From assembly GCA_964427275.1 (NCBI GenBank), contig CAYRSR010000004.1:2769-66768 (forward strand): a stretch of 64,000 nucleotides of DNA, read 5' to 3'. The position numbers and the translations under genes were made by a program. Below, in pieces: positions 9,539 through 19,900 of the stretch (the first letter of the stretch is position 1; the number at the start of each line of letters is the position of its first letter). Source of the DNA: an uncultured Candidatus Saccharibacteria bacterium (lineage in GTDB: Bacteria; Patescibacteriota; Minisyncoccia; UBA6257; CAYRSR01). The notes beneath the pieces are model-generated. The model worked only from the letters and a program-made list of their open reading frames with translations, was not told the origin of the DNA and searched no databases.

Positions 9539-10519
9539 ATGAAAAAATTAATTTCAATTATAATTCCTGTTTACAACGAGGAGAAGAACATTCCTTTGGT
9601 CTATCAAGAGATATTAAAAATCTGGAGTGAATTAGAAAGTAAATATGATTATGAAATTATTTTTGTTGATGATGGAAGTCAGGATAAAAGTAGCGAAATA
9701 ATAGAAAATTTGGCTGAAGTTGATAAAAAAGTTAAGTATATTCAATTTTCTCGCAATTTTGGCAAAGAAATTGCTACTTCTGCTGGAATCTATTATTCCA
9801 AAGGTGATGCAGCAATTATACTTGATGCTGATTTACAACATCCTGTAGAGTTAATTCCAAAATTTATTGAAAAATGGGAAAATGGAGTTGATATTGTTGT
9901 AGGAATCAGACAGAAGAACAAAAAAGAAGGACTAATTAAAAGAGTTGGTTCATACTGGTTTTATAAGATAATGAACCTTATTGGAGAAACTAAAATTGTT
10001 CCGCGGGCAACTGATTATCGGTTAATTGATAAAAAAGTTATTCAAGAGTTTAATCGTTTTACTGAAAGAAATAGAATCACTCGAGGATTAATTGACTGGC
10101 TGGGATTTAAAAGAGATTACATTTATTTTAAAGCTAACCAGAGAAAGTTTGGTAAAGCTAGTTATAGTTTTTTAAAATTAGTTAAACTAGCTTTGTCTAG
10201 TTTTGTGTCTTTAAGTTTATTTCCCTTGAAATTTGCCGGGTATTTAGGAATCACTATCACTTTCTTTTCTGGTATTTTTGGGGTTTTTATTTTGGTTGAG
10301 AAATATATTTTGGACGACCCTTTAAATTTAAATATTACTGGCACTGCTTCTTTAGCAGTACTGATTTTATTTCTAATTGGCATAGTTTTAAGTAGTCTGG
10401 GTTTGATAACCTTGTATATTGCTAATATTTATAGCGAAGTTCTTAATAGGCCAATTTATGTGATTAAAAAAAAGAAAAATTTTAATTTAAAAGAAGATAA
10501 TAGGAAAACTAAAAATTGA
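9539..10519 (+). CDS. GT2 polyprenyl-phosphate sugar synthase (Dpm1/GtrB/ArnC-like) with C-terminal TM helices
   Basis: IIIPVYNEEKNI...VDDGSQD...DADLQHP GT-A core, two C-terminal TM helices, 326 aa. Confidence 0.75.
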   Translation: MKKLISIIIPVYNEEKNIPLVYQEILKIWSELESKYDYEIIFVDDGSQDKSSEIIENLAEVDKKVKYIQFSRNFGKEIATSAGIYYSKGDAAIILDADLQHPVELIPKFIEKWENGVDIVVGIRQKNKKEGLIKRVGSYWFYKIMNLIGETKIVPRATDYRLIDKKVIQEFNRFTERNRITRGLIDWLGFKRDYIYFKANQRKFGKASYSFLKLVKLALSSFVSLSLFPLKFAGYLGITITFFSGIFGVFILVEKYILDDPLNLNITGTASLAVLILFLIGIVLSSLGLITLYIANIYSEVLNRPIYVIKKKKNFNLKEDNRKTKN

Positions 10520-10571
10520 ATTTCTTTTTCTAGTAAAGTGCGGGTTTAAAAGAGTTTGAAGTTAAAATAAT

Positions 10572-11690
10572 ATGAAAATATTGTGGTTAACCTGGAAGGA
10601 TAGAAAGCATCCACTAGCTGGGGGTGCAGAAATAGTTAATGAAGAATTGGCTAAGAGATTAACTAAAAATGGTTATGAGATTATCTTTATTGTTAGTGGA
10701 TTTCCTGGTGCAGCTAAAAAAGAAATGATTAATGGTTATAAAGTAGTTCGCTTGGGAAATCGGTGGACAGTTTATTGGAGGGCATACCAATATTACAAAA
10801 AACACTTGTCTAATTGGCTAGATTTAGTAATTGATGAAATAAATACAGTTCCTTTCTTTGCAAAGTTTTACGTTAAAACGAAGAATATTTTATTCATTCA
10901 TCAACTTTGTCGGGAGATTTGGTTTTATGAAATGTTCTTTCCATTGAATTTAATTGGGTATTTATTAGAGCCTGTTTATTTATGGCTTCTGCGGGATAGA
11001 AAAGTAATCACTGTTTCCGAGAGCACCAAAAAAGATTTAATAAGGTACGGTTTTAAAAAAGAAAATGTTTATGTTATTTCAGAAGGAATAGAGATTGAGC
11101 CACTAAAAAATTTACCGTCGGTTAAAGAAGTTAAAGAGAAGAATCCAACAATTTTATTTTTAGGTACACTAAGAAGAATGAAAAGACCAGAACAGGTAAT
11201 TAAGGCTTTTGAACTTGTTAAAAAGAAGATAAAAAATTTAAAACTATGGATAGCTGGAGGAGGAAAAGGAAGATATTTTAAAAAGATAATGCGATTGATT
11301 AGAAACTCTAGGTATAAAAAAGATATTGTTTATTTTGGGAAAGTAAATAAAAAAAAGAAATATGAACTATTACTAAAGGCTCATTTACTTTGTGTTACTT
11401 CAGTTAAAGAAGGCTGGGGATTGGTTGTAGCTGAGGCTAATAGCCAAGGAACTCCAGCAATTGTTTACAACGTTGATGGCTTGCGGGATGCAGTGAAAGA
11501 TAATAAAACTGGTATTGTTTGCCAGCAAAATACTCCTGAAAATTTAGCTCAAAACATTATTGAATTATTGAGAAATAAAGAAAAATATGATTTTTTGAGA
11601 AAAAATGCTTGGGAACTATCAAAGGAAATAACTTTTGAAAAGAGCCTAGGACAGTTTAAAAAAATTGTTGAAGAAATAAAAAATGAATAA
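10572..11690 (+). CDS. glycosyltransferase family 4 (GT-B)
   Basis: C-terminal GT1/GT4 domain with an EGWGLVVAEANSQGTPAIV motif. Confidence 0.7.
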   Translation: MKILWLTWKDRKHPLAGGAEIVNEELAKRLTKNGYEIIFIVSGFPGAAKKEMINGYKVVRLGNRWTVYWRAYQYYKKHLSNWLDLVIDEINTVPFFAKFYVKTKNILFIHQLCREIWFYEMFFPLNLIGYLLEPVYLWLLRDRKVITVSESTKKDLIRYGFKKENVYVISEGIEIEPLKNLPSVKEVKEKNPTILFLGTLRRMKRPEQVIKAFELVKKKIKNLKLWIAGGGKGRYFKKIMRLIRNSRYKKDIVYFGKVNKKKKYELLLKAHLLCVTSVKEGWGLVVAEANSQGTPAIVYNVDGLRDAVKDNKTGIVCQQNTPENLAQNIIELLRNKEKYDFLRKNAWELSKEITFEKSLGQFKKIVEEIKNE

Positions 11691-12525
11691 TCAACCATTA
11701 GTTTCAATAGTAATACCAACAAAAAACTCAGGAAGATTTTTAGAAAGGTGTTTAGATTCAATAAAGAAACAGACTTATAGAAACATTGAAATAATAGTTG
11801 TTGATAATAAGAGTGATGATAATACAAGAAAAGTTGCTAGAAGATATACTGATAAAGTTTTTGTAGTAGATGCAGGGGAAAGAAGTGAGCAAATAAATTT
11901 CGGCATTAAAAAAAGTAAAGGGAAGTATGTTTATAGAGTAGACTCAGATTTTATTTTAGATTCTAATGTGGTTAAAGAGGCAGTTGAAAAGTGTGAAAAA
12001 GAAGGATATGATGCAATTTGCATTCATAATACTTCAGATCCTACCGTTAGCTTTTGGGCAAGAGTAAGAAAGTTAGAAAGAGATTGTTACAAGGGTGATG
12101 AGTTAAATGTAGGGGCAAGATTTTTTAGAAAGGATATTGTTAAAGAAATTGGAGGTTTTGATGAAAGGTTAGTAGCGGCGGAAGATTATGATTTTCATAA
12201 CCGGCTTTTAAAAGCAGGTTATAAAATTGGTAGAATTAAAGCGGAAGAAATTCACTTAGGGGAGCCAAAATCTTTGTGGGAAGTTGCTAAGAAACACTAT
12301 TATTATGGAAAGACAATAGTCAGATTCATTGAAAAAAATAGAGGGAGGGGAATAAAGCAACTAAATCCTATAAGACCTGCTTTTATCAGACATTGGAAAG
12401 AATTCGCAAGACATCCACTTTTAACTTTCGGCTTTATAGTTTATCAGTTGGTTAAATATTTTTCAGGAGGACTAGGATATTTAAAAGCAAAATTAGGTTG
12501 TAAGGTTTATAATAAGCCAAAATAG
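11683..12525 (+). CDS. glycosyltransferase family 2
   Basis: VSIVIPTKNSGRFLERCLDSIKKQTY...VVDNKSDD GT-A signature. Confidence 0.7.
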   Translation: MNNQPLVSIVIPTKNSGRFLERCLDSIKKQTYRNIEIIVVDNKSDDNTRKVARRYTDKVFVVDAGERSEQINFGIKKSKGKYVYRVDSDFILDSNVVKEAVEKCEKEGYDAICIHNTSDPTVSFWARVRKLERDCYKGDELNVGARFFRKDIVKEIGGFDERLVAAEDYDFHNRLLKAGYKIGRIKAEEIHLGEPKSLWEVAKKHYYYGKTIVRFIEKNRGRGIKQLNPIRPAFIRHWKEFARHPLLTFGFIVYQLVKYFSGGLGYLKAKLGCKVYNKPK

Positions 12526-12561
12526 GGCTTAGGTATAAATTTTTGAAGATAAATTAAACAA

Positions 12562-13479
12562 ATGACCAACCAACCATTAGTTTCTGTAGTTATTCCTACA
12601 TGTAATAGAGAGAGGAAGCTGACCAGACTGGTGAGTTCAATTTTAAACTCTAACTATCCTAAGAATAGATTAGAAATAATTGTAATTGATGATAATTCTA
12701 CAGATGCAACATATAGGGATATCGAAAAATATCCAAATATTACAATCGTAAGGAATAACAAAAAACTTTTTCCATCAAAGTTAAGAAATATTGGGATAAG
12801 AAAGGCAACCGGAAAGTATATTCTTTTTATTGATGATGACAATGTGGTTGAAAAAGACATGATTTTGAATCTGGTTTGTTTTATGGAAAATCATAAATCT
12901 GTGGGAATAGTAGCACCCTTAATGCTATACTATGGAAGTAATCTTATTTGGTGTGCTGGAATTAAAAGGAATATGCTTACCAGCCTTACCAGTTTTTTGC
13001 TTAATGGCAAGGACTATACAAAAGTAAAGCTACCAAAGATAATAGAGTCTGATGATTTTCCAAATTGTTTTATGACCAGAAGAGATATAATTCTGAAGTA
13101 TGGTATTTATTTTGATGAGATACTTTTTCCTATTCATTACGAAGAATCGGACTTTTGTCGAAAGGTTCATTCAAAAGGTTATAAAATAGTTATGTTCTCT
13201 AACGCTAAGGTTTGGCATGATGTTGGACTACCAGGAAAGCCTCATAATATATTTGATAACCAAAGCCCTCAGCGTTTATTTTACACTGCCCGTAACAGAA
13301 TACTATTTCACAAAAAATATACTCCCTGGTATAAATATATCTTGTTTCTTTTCTTATTTTTACCACTTCTAACTTTCTATTATCTTTATAAAGGTATTGT
13401 ATCTAATACAGAGAATAAAATCTTAAAGATAACTTCGTTCCTTAATGGTGTCTGGAAGGGCATTTTTATGTCAGTATGA
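12562..13479 (+). CDS. glycosyltransferase family 2 with C-terminal TM segment
   Basis: VSVVIPTCNRERKL...VIDDNSTD...DDDN, with a hydrophobic C-terminus. Confidence 0.7.
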   Translation: MTNQPLVSVVIPTCNRERKLTRLVSSILNSNYPKNRLEIIVIDDNSTDATYRDIEKYPNITIVRNNKKLFPSKLRNIGIRKATGKYILFIDDDNVVEKDMILNLVCFMENHKSVGIVAPLMLYYGSNLIWCAGIKRNMLTSLTSFLLNGKDYTKVKLPKIIESDDFPNCFMTRRDIILKYGIYFDEILFPIHYEESDFCRKVHSKGYKIVMFSNAKVWHDVGLPGKPHNIFDNQSPQRLFYTARNRILFHKKYTPWYKYILFLFLFLPLLTFYYLYKGIVSNTENKILKITSFLNGVWKGIFMSV

Positions 13480-14615
13480 AGATAGCTATAGTTTCAAAGT
13501 ATGCTCCTGCTGATACTGGCGGTTTAGAATCTGTGGTAAATGGAATAATAAGTGTTATTAGAAGGTCAGGTTTTAATTTTGATATAACTGTCTTTTATCA
13601 GAGAAAAAGAAGAGGTGATAAATTTACTTCTGAAGAATATAAGTCCAAAGAGGTAATGGTGCCGGACATACCAGTTGTTTCGGAGGTTATTTATAATTTT
13701 ATCTGTGGAATAAAATGTGCTTCGGGGAACTACGATATTGTACATACTCATGGTGTTACAGGTGCTGGATATGCTCTTATAAGAAGATTTATTAGAGATA
13801 AAGCCAAATTTATTCATACTTTCCATGGAATTTCTTACAAGTCTTTAGAGTGCTATGTTAAAAGATTTGGATTTCCAGGAAATGTATTGGTTCAAATCTA
13901 TAGAACTATCATGTCTTACCTTGAAAAATTAGCCGGAAGGAAATGTGATGTTGCTGTTGCGGTATCTGAGGGAGTTAAAAGGGACCTGGTAAAGTATTAT
14001 GGAATACCTGAAAGTAAAATAACTGTTATACATAATGCTGTTGATACAGAAGTTTTTTACCCGATGTCGAAAGATAAAGCCAAAGAGCTATTGAAGCTGG
14101 ATAAGAGCAAAAAGTATATTCTTTTTGTGGGTAAAGAAGCTTTTAGAAAAGGGATGGACATAGCTATTAATGCTATGAGGTATTTAAAATTTGACAATAT
14201 TGTGCTATTAATAGTAGGTCCAGCTAAGATTGACTTTAAAGAAGATAACATTATAAGCTTAGGAGAGCTTTCAAGAAAGAAAATGGTTTTTGTTTATAAT
14301 ACTGCAGAGGTTTTAATATTACCTTCAAGATACGAAGGGCATCCTATTACAGCCCTGGAGGCACTATCTTGCGGTCTTCCGTTGATTGTATCTAGAGAGT
14401 CAAATGTAGAGATTATTAATAAGAATCAAGGAATTGTAATTAATGAAAATAAGCCAGAATTATTTGCTACTGAAATAAAAAAGCTTTTGAAAAGTGAAGA
14501 ATTAAAAGAAATGTCAAACTCGTGTCGAAAGCTAGCAGAAAAATATTCGGTTAATAATCAATACAAGAAATACTTAGAATTATATTTGAGTTTTTATGAA
14601 TCAAGAAACTATTAG
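13476..14615 (+). CDS. glycosyltransferase family 4 (GT-B)
   Basis: The EGHPITALEALSCGLPLIVS motif is characteristic of GT4 retaining glycosyltransferases. Confidence 0.75.
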   Translation: MKIAIVSKYAPADTGGLESVVNGIISVIRRSGFNFDITVFYQRKRRGDKFTSEEYKSKEVMVPDIPVVSEVIYNFICGIKCASGNYDIVHTHGVTGAGYALIRRFIRDKAKFIHTFHGISYKSLECYVKRFGFPGNVLVQIYRTIMSYLEKLAGRKCDVAVAVSEGVKRDLVKYYGIPESKITVIHNAVDTEVFYPMSKDKAKELLKLDKSKKYILFVGKEAFRKGMDIAINAMRYLKFDNIVLLIVGPAKIDFKEDNIISLGELSRKKMVFVYNTAEVLILPSRYEGHPITALEALSCGLPLIVSRESNVEIINKNQGIVINENKPELFATEIKKLLKSEELKEMSNSCRKLAEKYSVNNQYKKYLELYLSFYESRNY

Positions 14616-15321
14616 CTCCTGGTACAATAATTTTTATACCCGCAAAGAAGTAAATAAGAAATTGTCCCCATGGAGGCGTACAACATTTCAGCTTATCTGT
14701 GAACTAGGCTTGAAAGGTAAAATACTGGATGTTGGTTGTGGTGATGGAGGGTTGCTATTTGAACTAATTAAATCTTCAATGTTTGGTAAGGAAGATATTT
14801 ATGGTATTGATATATCTAAATCTGCGATTAATATTTCACGAGCCCGATTGGGAATACCAGAGGAGCATCTTAAAACTTATGATATTGAATCTAGTGAATT
14901 ACCGTTTCGGCAGGAATTTTTTGATATAGTGGTAATGAATGATGTTATAGAACATCTTCAACATCCTTTTAAGAGCTTACCTAAGACACTAAAAATGCTT
15001 AAAGTAAAAGGCCACTTAGTTATTTCTTTCCCTAATTATACAAATTTACCTTGGCTTGCACTTAGAATATTGGCAGAGAAATTAAAAAGACCGGGGTGGA
15101 TAGTCCTTCAACCTGTTGACCATATATTTTTTTATAGAGGACTTAAGGATTTACTAGTTAAAAGGTTTGGTTTAAAGTTTATTACTAGCAGGGGCAGTGT
15201 CTTTTTCCCGCCGCTATTATATAAATTTGAACCTCGGATTTTCAGTTTAGTTTTGAATAAACTTGGATTAGCTTTTCTTTCATTTCACCCTGTTTTAGTT
15301 TTTAAGAAAAATGAGAAATAA
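14596..15321 (+). CDS. class I SAM-dependent methyltransferase
   Basis: ILDVGCGDGGLLFEL motif I and a VVMNDVIEHL motif. Confidence 0.75.
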   Translation: MNQETISSWYNNFYTRKEVNKKLSPWRRTTFQLICELGLKGKILDVGCGDGGLLFELIKSSMFGKEDIYGIDISKSAINISRARLGIPEEHLKTYDIESSELPFRQEFFDIVVMNDVIEHLQHPFKSLPKTLKMLKVKGHLVISFPNYTNLPWLALRILAEKLKRPGWIVLQPVDHIFFYRGLKDLLVKRFGLKFITSRGSVFFPPLLYKFEPRIFSLVLNKLGLAFLSFHPVLVFKKNEK

Positions 15322-16903
15322 TACTATTATCGTAATTTCTGGTTCTTCAGGTTCGGGTAAGACAACTATATCCAGAAAACTATACTTTACCTTGTCTACT
15401 TGCGGCTTGGATGCTGTATATAGAGAGTGGGAAAATAATCCTGATGATTATTTCTTACTTAAAATACCGCTGAAGTTATTAATAAAGTTTTTTCCTAGAA
15501 TACATAAATCCAATCTGGAGCGTTTGGTTCAGGGACCTAAAAACAATAAGTTTCCATTAAGGTTTAAGATATGGCCATTTTTTATCTGGTTAGATCGATT
15601 GGCCGAGATATTTTACTTGAGATTTTTTAAGCCGCATAATGTAACAGTAATTCATAGATACATTCATGGAGTATTGATTGCTCTCCTTGGATATTATGGA
15701 TGGGGAAAAAATGAACTCATAGACAAGCTTTATTTTCCAAAACCAGATATTTTCATTATGTTGGATACTACACCAGAAGAGGTTATGAAGCGTGGCGCAG
15801 ATTATCCGACCCTTAAAGATGCTGAATATTGGAGAAAAAATTTCCTAAATATTGCAGATAAAAATGGTTATCCAATAGTTGACTCTTCGTATGATGTAGA
15901 AACTACATTTAGAAATTGCTTAAGAGTAATTGTTTCAAGAATGATGAAAAATCAGGAAGATATGGTTCTGCACCTACTTAGTGATCCATATAACTACTAC
16001 GATAGGGAATTATTAGAGAGAATAGATTTTAGAAAGCTGGATTATAATTATTTGTACTCCTATGTATTAGAACTTGGAATTGGCTTTCAGGCACTTGGCT
16101 CATTGCTTGAGTATGATATACCAGAAATATGGAGGAATAAGTTCAGTAATAAATTACTTGAACTTGAAAATTATTCCAGAAAAGTATCGAGTGCAATCAA
16201 AGAAATTCACAATCTTTTTAAGCAAAACAATATTAAATATGTAATGTTTAAGACCAATAGGCCATATAAGCATGTTTCTAGGGATATTGATATTTTGGTA
16301 GATGATTATAAGAAGGCATTTTCTGTACTTAAAAAAGATGGATGGGTTACAGACCTGGAGCAAATTCTACTTAGTGAAGTTCATTTAAAAAAAGGCAATA
16401 TAGTATTGGACTTGCATGATAAAATAGAAAGGTTACCTAAGAAACTTCTTCTTGAAAATGTTATTAAAAATAAAGAAGAAATTAATATTCCAAAGCCAGA
16501 ATTAGAGGTACTATCAATATTACTTGAATGTATAGAGGATTTGCAAATGGATTTAGAAGATATTCACTATATCAGGGGATTGGTTAAAGAGAATGATATA
16601 AACTGGAAGGAAGTATACAATCTTTCCAAAGTTTTAGGTGTTTATAAAAAAATAAATCAACTTCTTTCAATTGTTAGACTTAAAGACATTTTTTATTATT
16701 CTGGAAAATTAAGTAGAAAATTACCCGAGATTAAAGACTCTGGAATTGACTTTCAAAAGAGTTTAATATCTTTAGTTTATCAATTTAGATTAGCAAAAGT
16801 TAAAAAGAGATTATTATTTTTAAAATTAGCAATTAGACGCTTAATAAGCAGTCCTTTTAAGACAATTAGGGCGGGCTTTAAGAGATATATTTTTAGAAGG
16901 TAA
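15311..16903 (+). CDS. P-loop kinase domain fused to NTP_transf_5-like nucleotidyltransferase domain protein
   Basis: N-terminus IIVISGSSGSGKTTISRKL (Walker A; dNK/thymidylate-kinase-like). C-terminal half carries the YKHVSRDIDILVDDY nucleotidyltransferase signature. Confidence 0.45.
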   Translation: MRNNTIIVISGSSGSGKTTISRKLYFTLSTCGLDAVYREWENNPDDYFLLKIPLKLLIKFFPRIHKSNLERLVQGPKNNKFPLRFKIWPFFIWLDRLAEIFYLRFFKPHNVTVIHRYIHGVLIALLGYYGWGKNELIDKLYFPKPDIFIMLDTTPEEVMKRGADYPTLKDAEYWRKNFLNIADKNGYPIVDSSYDVETTFRNCLRVIVSRMMKNQEDMVLHLLSDPYNYYDRELLERIDFRKLDYNYLYSYVLELGIGFQALGSLLEYDIPEIWRNKFSNKLLELENYSRKVSSAIKEIHNLFKQNNIKYVMFKTNRPYKHVSRDIDILVDDYKKAFSVLKKDGWVTDLEQILLSEVHLKKGNIVLDLHDKIERLPKKLLLENVIKNKEEINIPKPELEVLSILLECIEDLQMDLEDIHYIRGLVKENDINWKEVYNLSKVLGVYKKINQLLSIVRLKDIFYYSGKLSRKLPEIKDSGIDFQKSLISLVYQFRLAKVKKRLLFLKLAIRRLISSPFKTIRAGFKRYIFRR

Positions 16904-16925
16904 AATTTATACATAAAACAATTAA

Positions 16926-19900
16926 ATGATACCAATACTATCAAAATTACTGAATTGGATTAATTCTAAAGACAGGCGAGATTATTTTTTAGCTGGGATA
17001 ATTATATTAGCTCTTGTTTTTTTAGAATACCGGCTACTTATCTTTGAAAGTATTAACTACATAGGAAAAGGATATTTTAAATTCTCAAAAATCCCGTTTA
17101 CTTTAAAAGAATCATTTCAGTTTTTGCCCTTAATTTTAATAGATTGGGCTTCGCTTCCAGGAGGATGTGCTGTAACATTGCTAGCCGGACTTTATCATCT
17201 TTTGGGAGGATTAGCTATCTTTGCATTTATAAGAATCTACTTAAAAGACCTTTTTAAGGAAAATAATCTCTTTTTACCTGCTTTTCTTGGAACTTTATTG
17301 TTTATGTTTTATCCCTGGAACACCACAGGTGATAACTTTCCCACGTTGGTTATGGTTAGATTTTTATTTCCATTGGCCCTTCTTTGTGCATTTAAGGGTA
17401 TAAAACATAATTCTACCTGTGCATTACTGCTTTCCGGAATAATAATTTCACTTGCAACTTTAGCTGACCCACGTGCTATTGTGTTTTTTATTCCAATTAT
17501 TTTTTTTGTAATTTTACTGCCACATTTATTGATAAGGGAAACAGGAAATCTCAAGTTATACCTTTTTCGATTTATAGGTCTTTTAGTTATTTCTACAATT
17601 TTTTCTTCTCTTGAGATTGCATATAGAGTTTTAAAATCATTCTCAGCTGGAAAAGCAAGTATTCCTACAACAGTGGCATCTGCATTTAATCCAGATTCAT
17701 TTATTCCAAATTTTAAATATGCAGATTTAATATCAACTTTTCAGGGTATTTCTTTCCTTGCAACAGGAGAACAATTTTTAAAAATTCTAAAAGAAATTCC
17801 GTTTCTTTATAACTTGTTTTTAATAGCTCCATTATTAGCAGTTGCTGTTATTTTTATGATTCTTCTCAAATATCATCGAACTCAGAAGTTGAGGGCTCAT
17901 ATTTTATCATTGGTTCTTTTTATATTAATAGTTATTGGACTATTTTCTAGATTGGTTCCGAATAAGTTGCCACTATTTCCAAGAATAGCTTGTAGTTTTG
18001 TAGGGTCTAAAATACCAGGTATCATAACTTCTCTATTTTTATTGTTCCGAACCGAAAGATTTTTGAATCTTTCAATGATGATTTTTTTGGGATTATCAGC
18101 TGGAATAAGCATAAAACTATTGCGGAATAGTCGAAATTCTTTCTTTAAAATACTTTTTGTTAGCGGTGTTTTAGTTTCTGTGGTAGTTGTGTGGGGTATT
18201 CCAGTTATCATGGATGGACACGGACTGGTTAATAGAGGAGGAATAATTTTTGAGATTGACGAAGAATCTTTAGCGTTGTCAAAGGTAATTAGTGATATAA
18301 AACCATACTCAGTGATAGATAAATCAATTCCTTTACAAAAAGGATCTGGCGGATTACCAAATGCACATTTCTTATCTAATGTTGAAGCTGGTGTAAAGCA
18401 ATTTCTGGTAAGGTATAGCACAGAAACATCTAAAGGATTTAGAAGTCCAATTCTAATTGATAAGGATTATGATTTTTTGGCGCACTTGTTAAATCAGATG
18501 GGAGTTAAATACTTAATTTTGAATGGATATAGGGCTGAGCCAAATGACCCAGCAATGTTTAAAAAAGAACTTAACCAATCTCCCTATTTTAGATTTAGAA
18601 GTAAGTCAGGTAGTGTATATGGCTATGAAATCCAGAAAGAAATAAAACCCAAAATTGCTGATGGCCTGTTTGTTCTAGGCGGGCTGGAGGATTATCGAAA
18701 AGCATATCCGTTTTTTGAAAAACAAAACTTAGATGTTGCCCCAATATTTCTTGATGCTCCAGTAGATTTTACTGTTTTAAAAAGATTTCACTTTCCATTG
18801 CTAGTAAGTACTCATAAAACCAAAACTGACTTAATAGCAAGCTTTTGTATTTCACATAAAGACGCAGAAATACTAACTCCTGCAAAGTGGAAAACTGGAA
18901 CTTGGAATAGATTTGTTCGCTGGTCTCCGGGGTACATTATGGATACAATAAGCGGAATGTGGTCTCACATACTGCCAGACCTTATAAACTATGAATGGAG
19001 TTACACCTATAGACCGGACTATGGCAATGTCTTTGTAATAAATGCTGAAAGTTCAATTTCAACCGAAGTAAATTTAAATCCCGGTAAATATAGAGTTTTG
19101 ATACGTGTCTTAATGAATCCTAGAGGAGGTGTTATAAATTTAAAATTAGGAGGTTTCTCTAAGGATATTGTTACAAAATGGGATTATGATAGCAGTGAGT
19201 TTATCTGGAAAGACCTTGGAGTATATGATTTTACTGGTTCTAAACTTAAGGTCATTCTGAGAAGTTTTGAAGGGGTAAATGCAGTTAATTTAATAGTTGC
19301 TATTCCACAAAAGGATTGGGAAGAAATAACAAAGAAGGTAAAACAATTTATAAAGGAGCGTGAAATTATATATATTGTGGATCCAGAGCGACAGAGAACT
19401 AATCCTACAGATGGTTCTGTTGCAACAGAAATGAAATTACTAAAATCAGGTAGTTATAAAGCTTCATCCCTTTCTAATGTAAAGTTTGAAATAATTCAGG
19501 ATTCAATACTACAGTCAAATAACCAAATTACATACTTTCAGGGTAAATATATAACCATTTCTTTTCCTAAATATAGAGATATATTGTTTTCTTCTTTTTT
19601 TGAAAAAGAAGAAGGTTTGTGGACTGATCTAGATTCTAGATTTTCAGTCTCCTATGTTAATGATGGATATGTAGGCAAATCAATTCTTGTTTCAACTACC
19701 ACTCAACAACCTGGTAGCTGGAGCTGGATTAAGGGACCATTAATTGAGGTTAAACCTAATCATAAATATCAGTTTAAATCTGCTATGAAGTGGGAAAATG
19801 TTGTTCAATCTCACATATCTATTGATGGTATTAAAAAAGATGGTTCAGTTGTTAGATTGGGTCTTTTGCCTTCAGGAAAAGATGGTGAATCAGATTGGGT

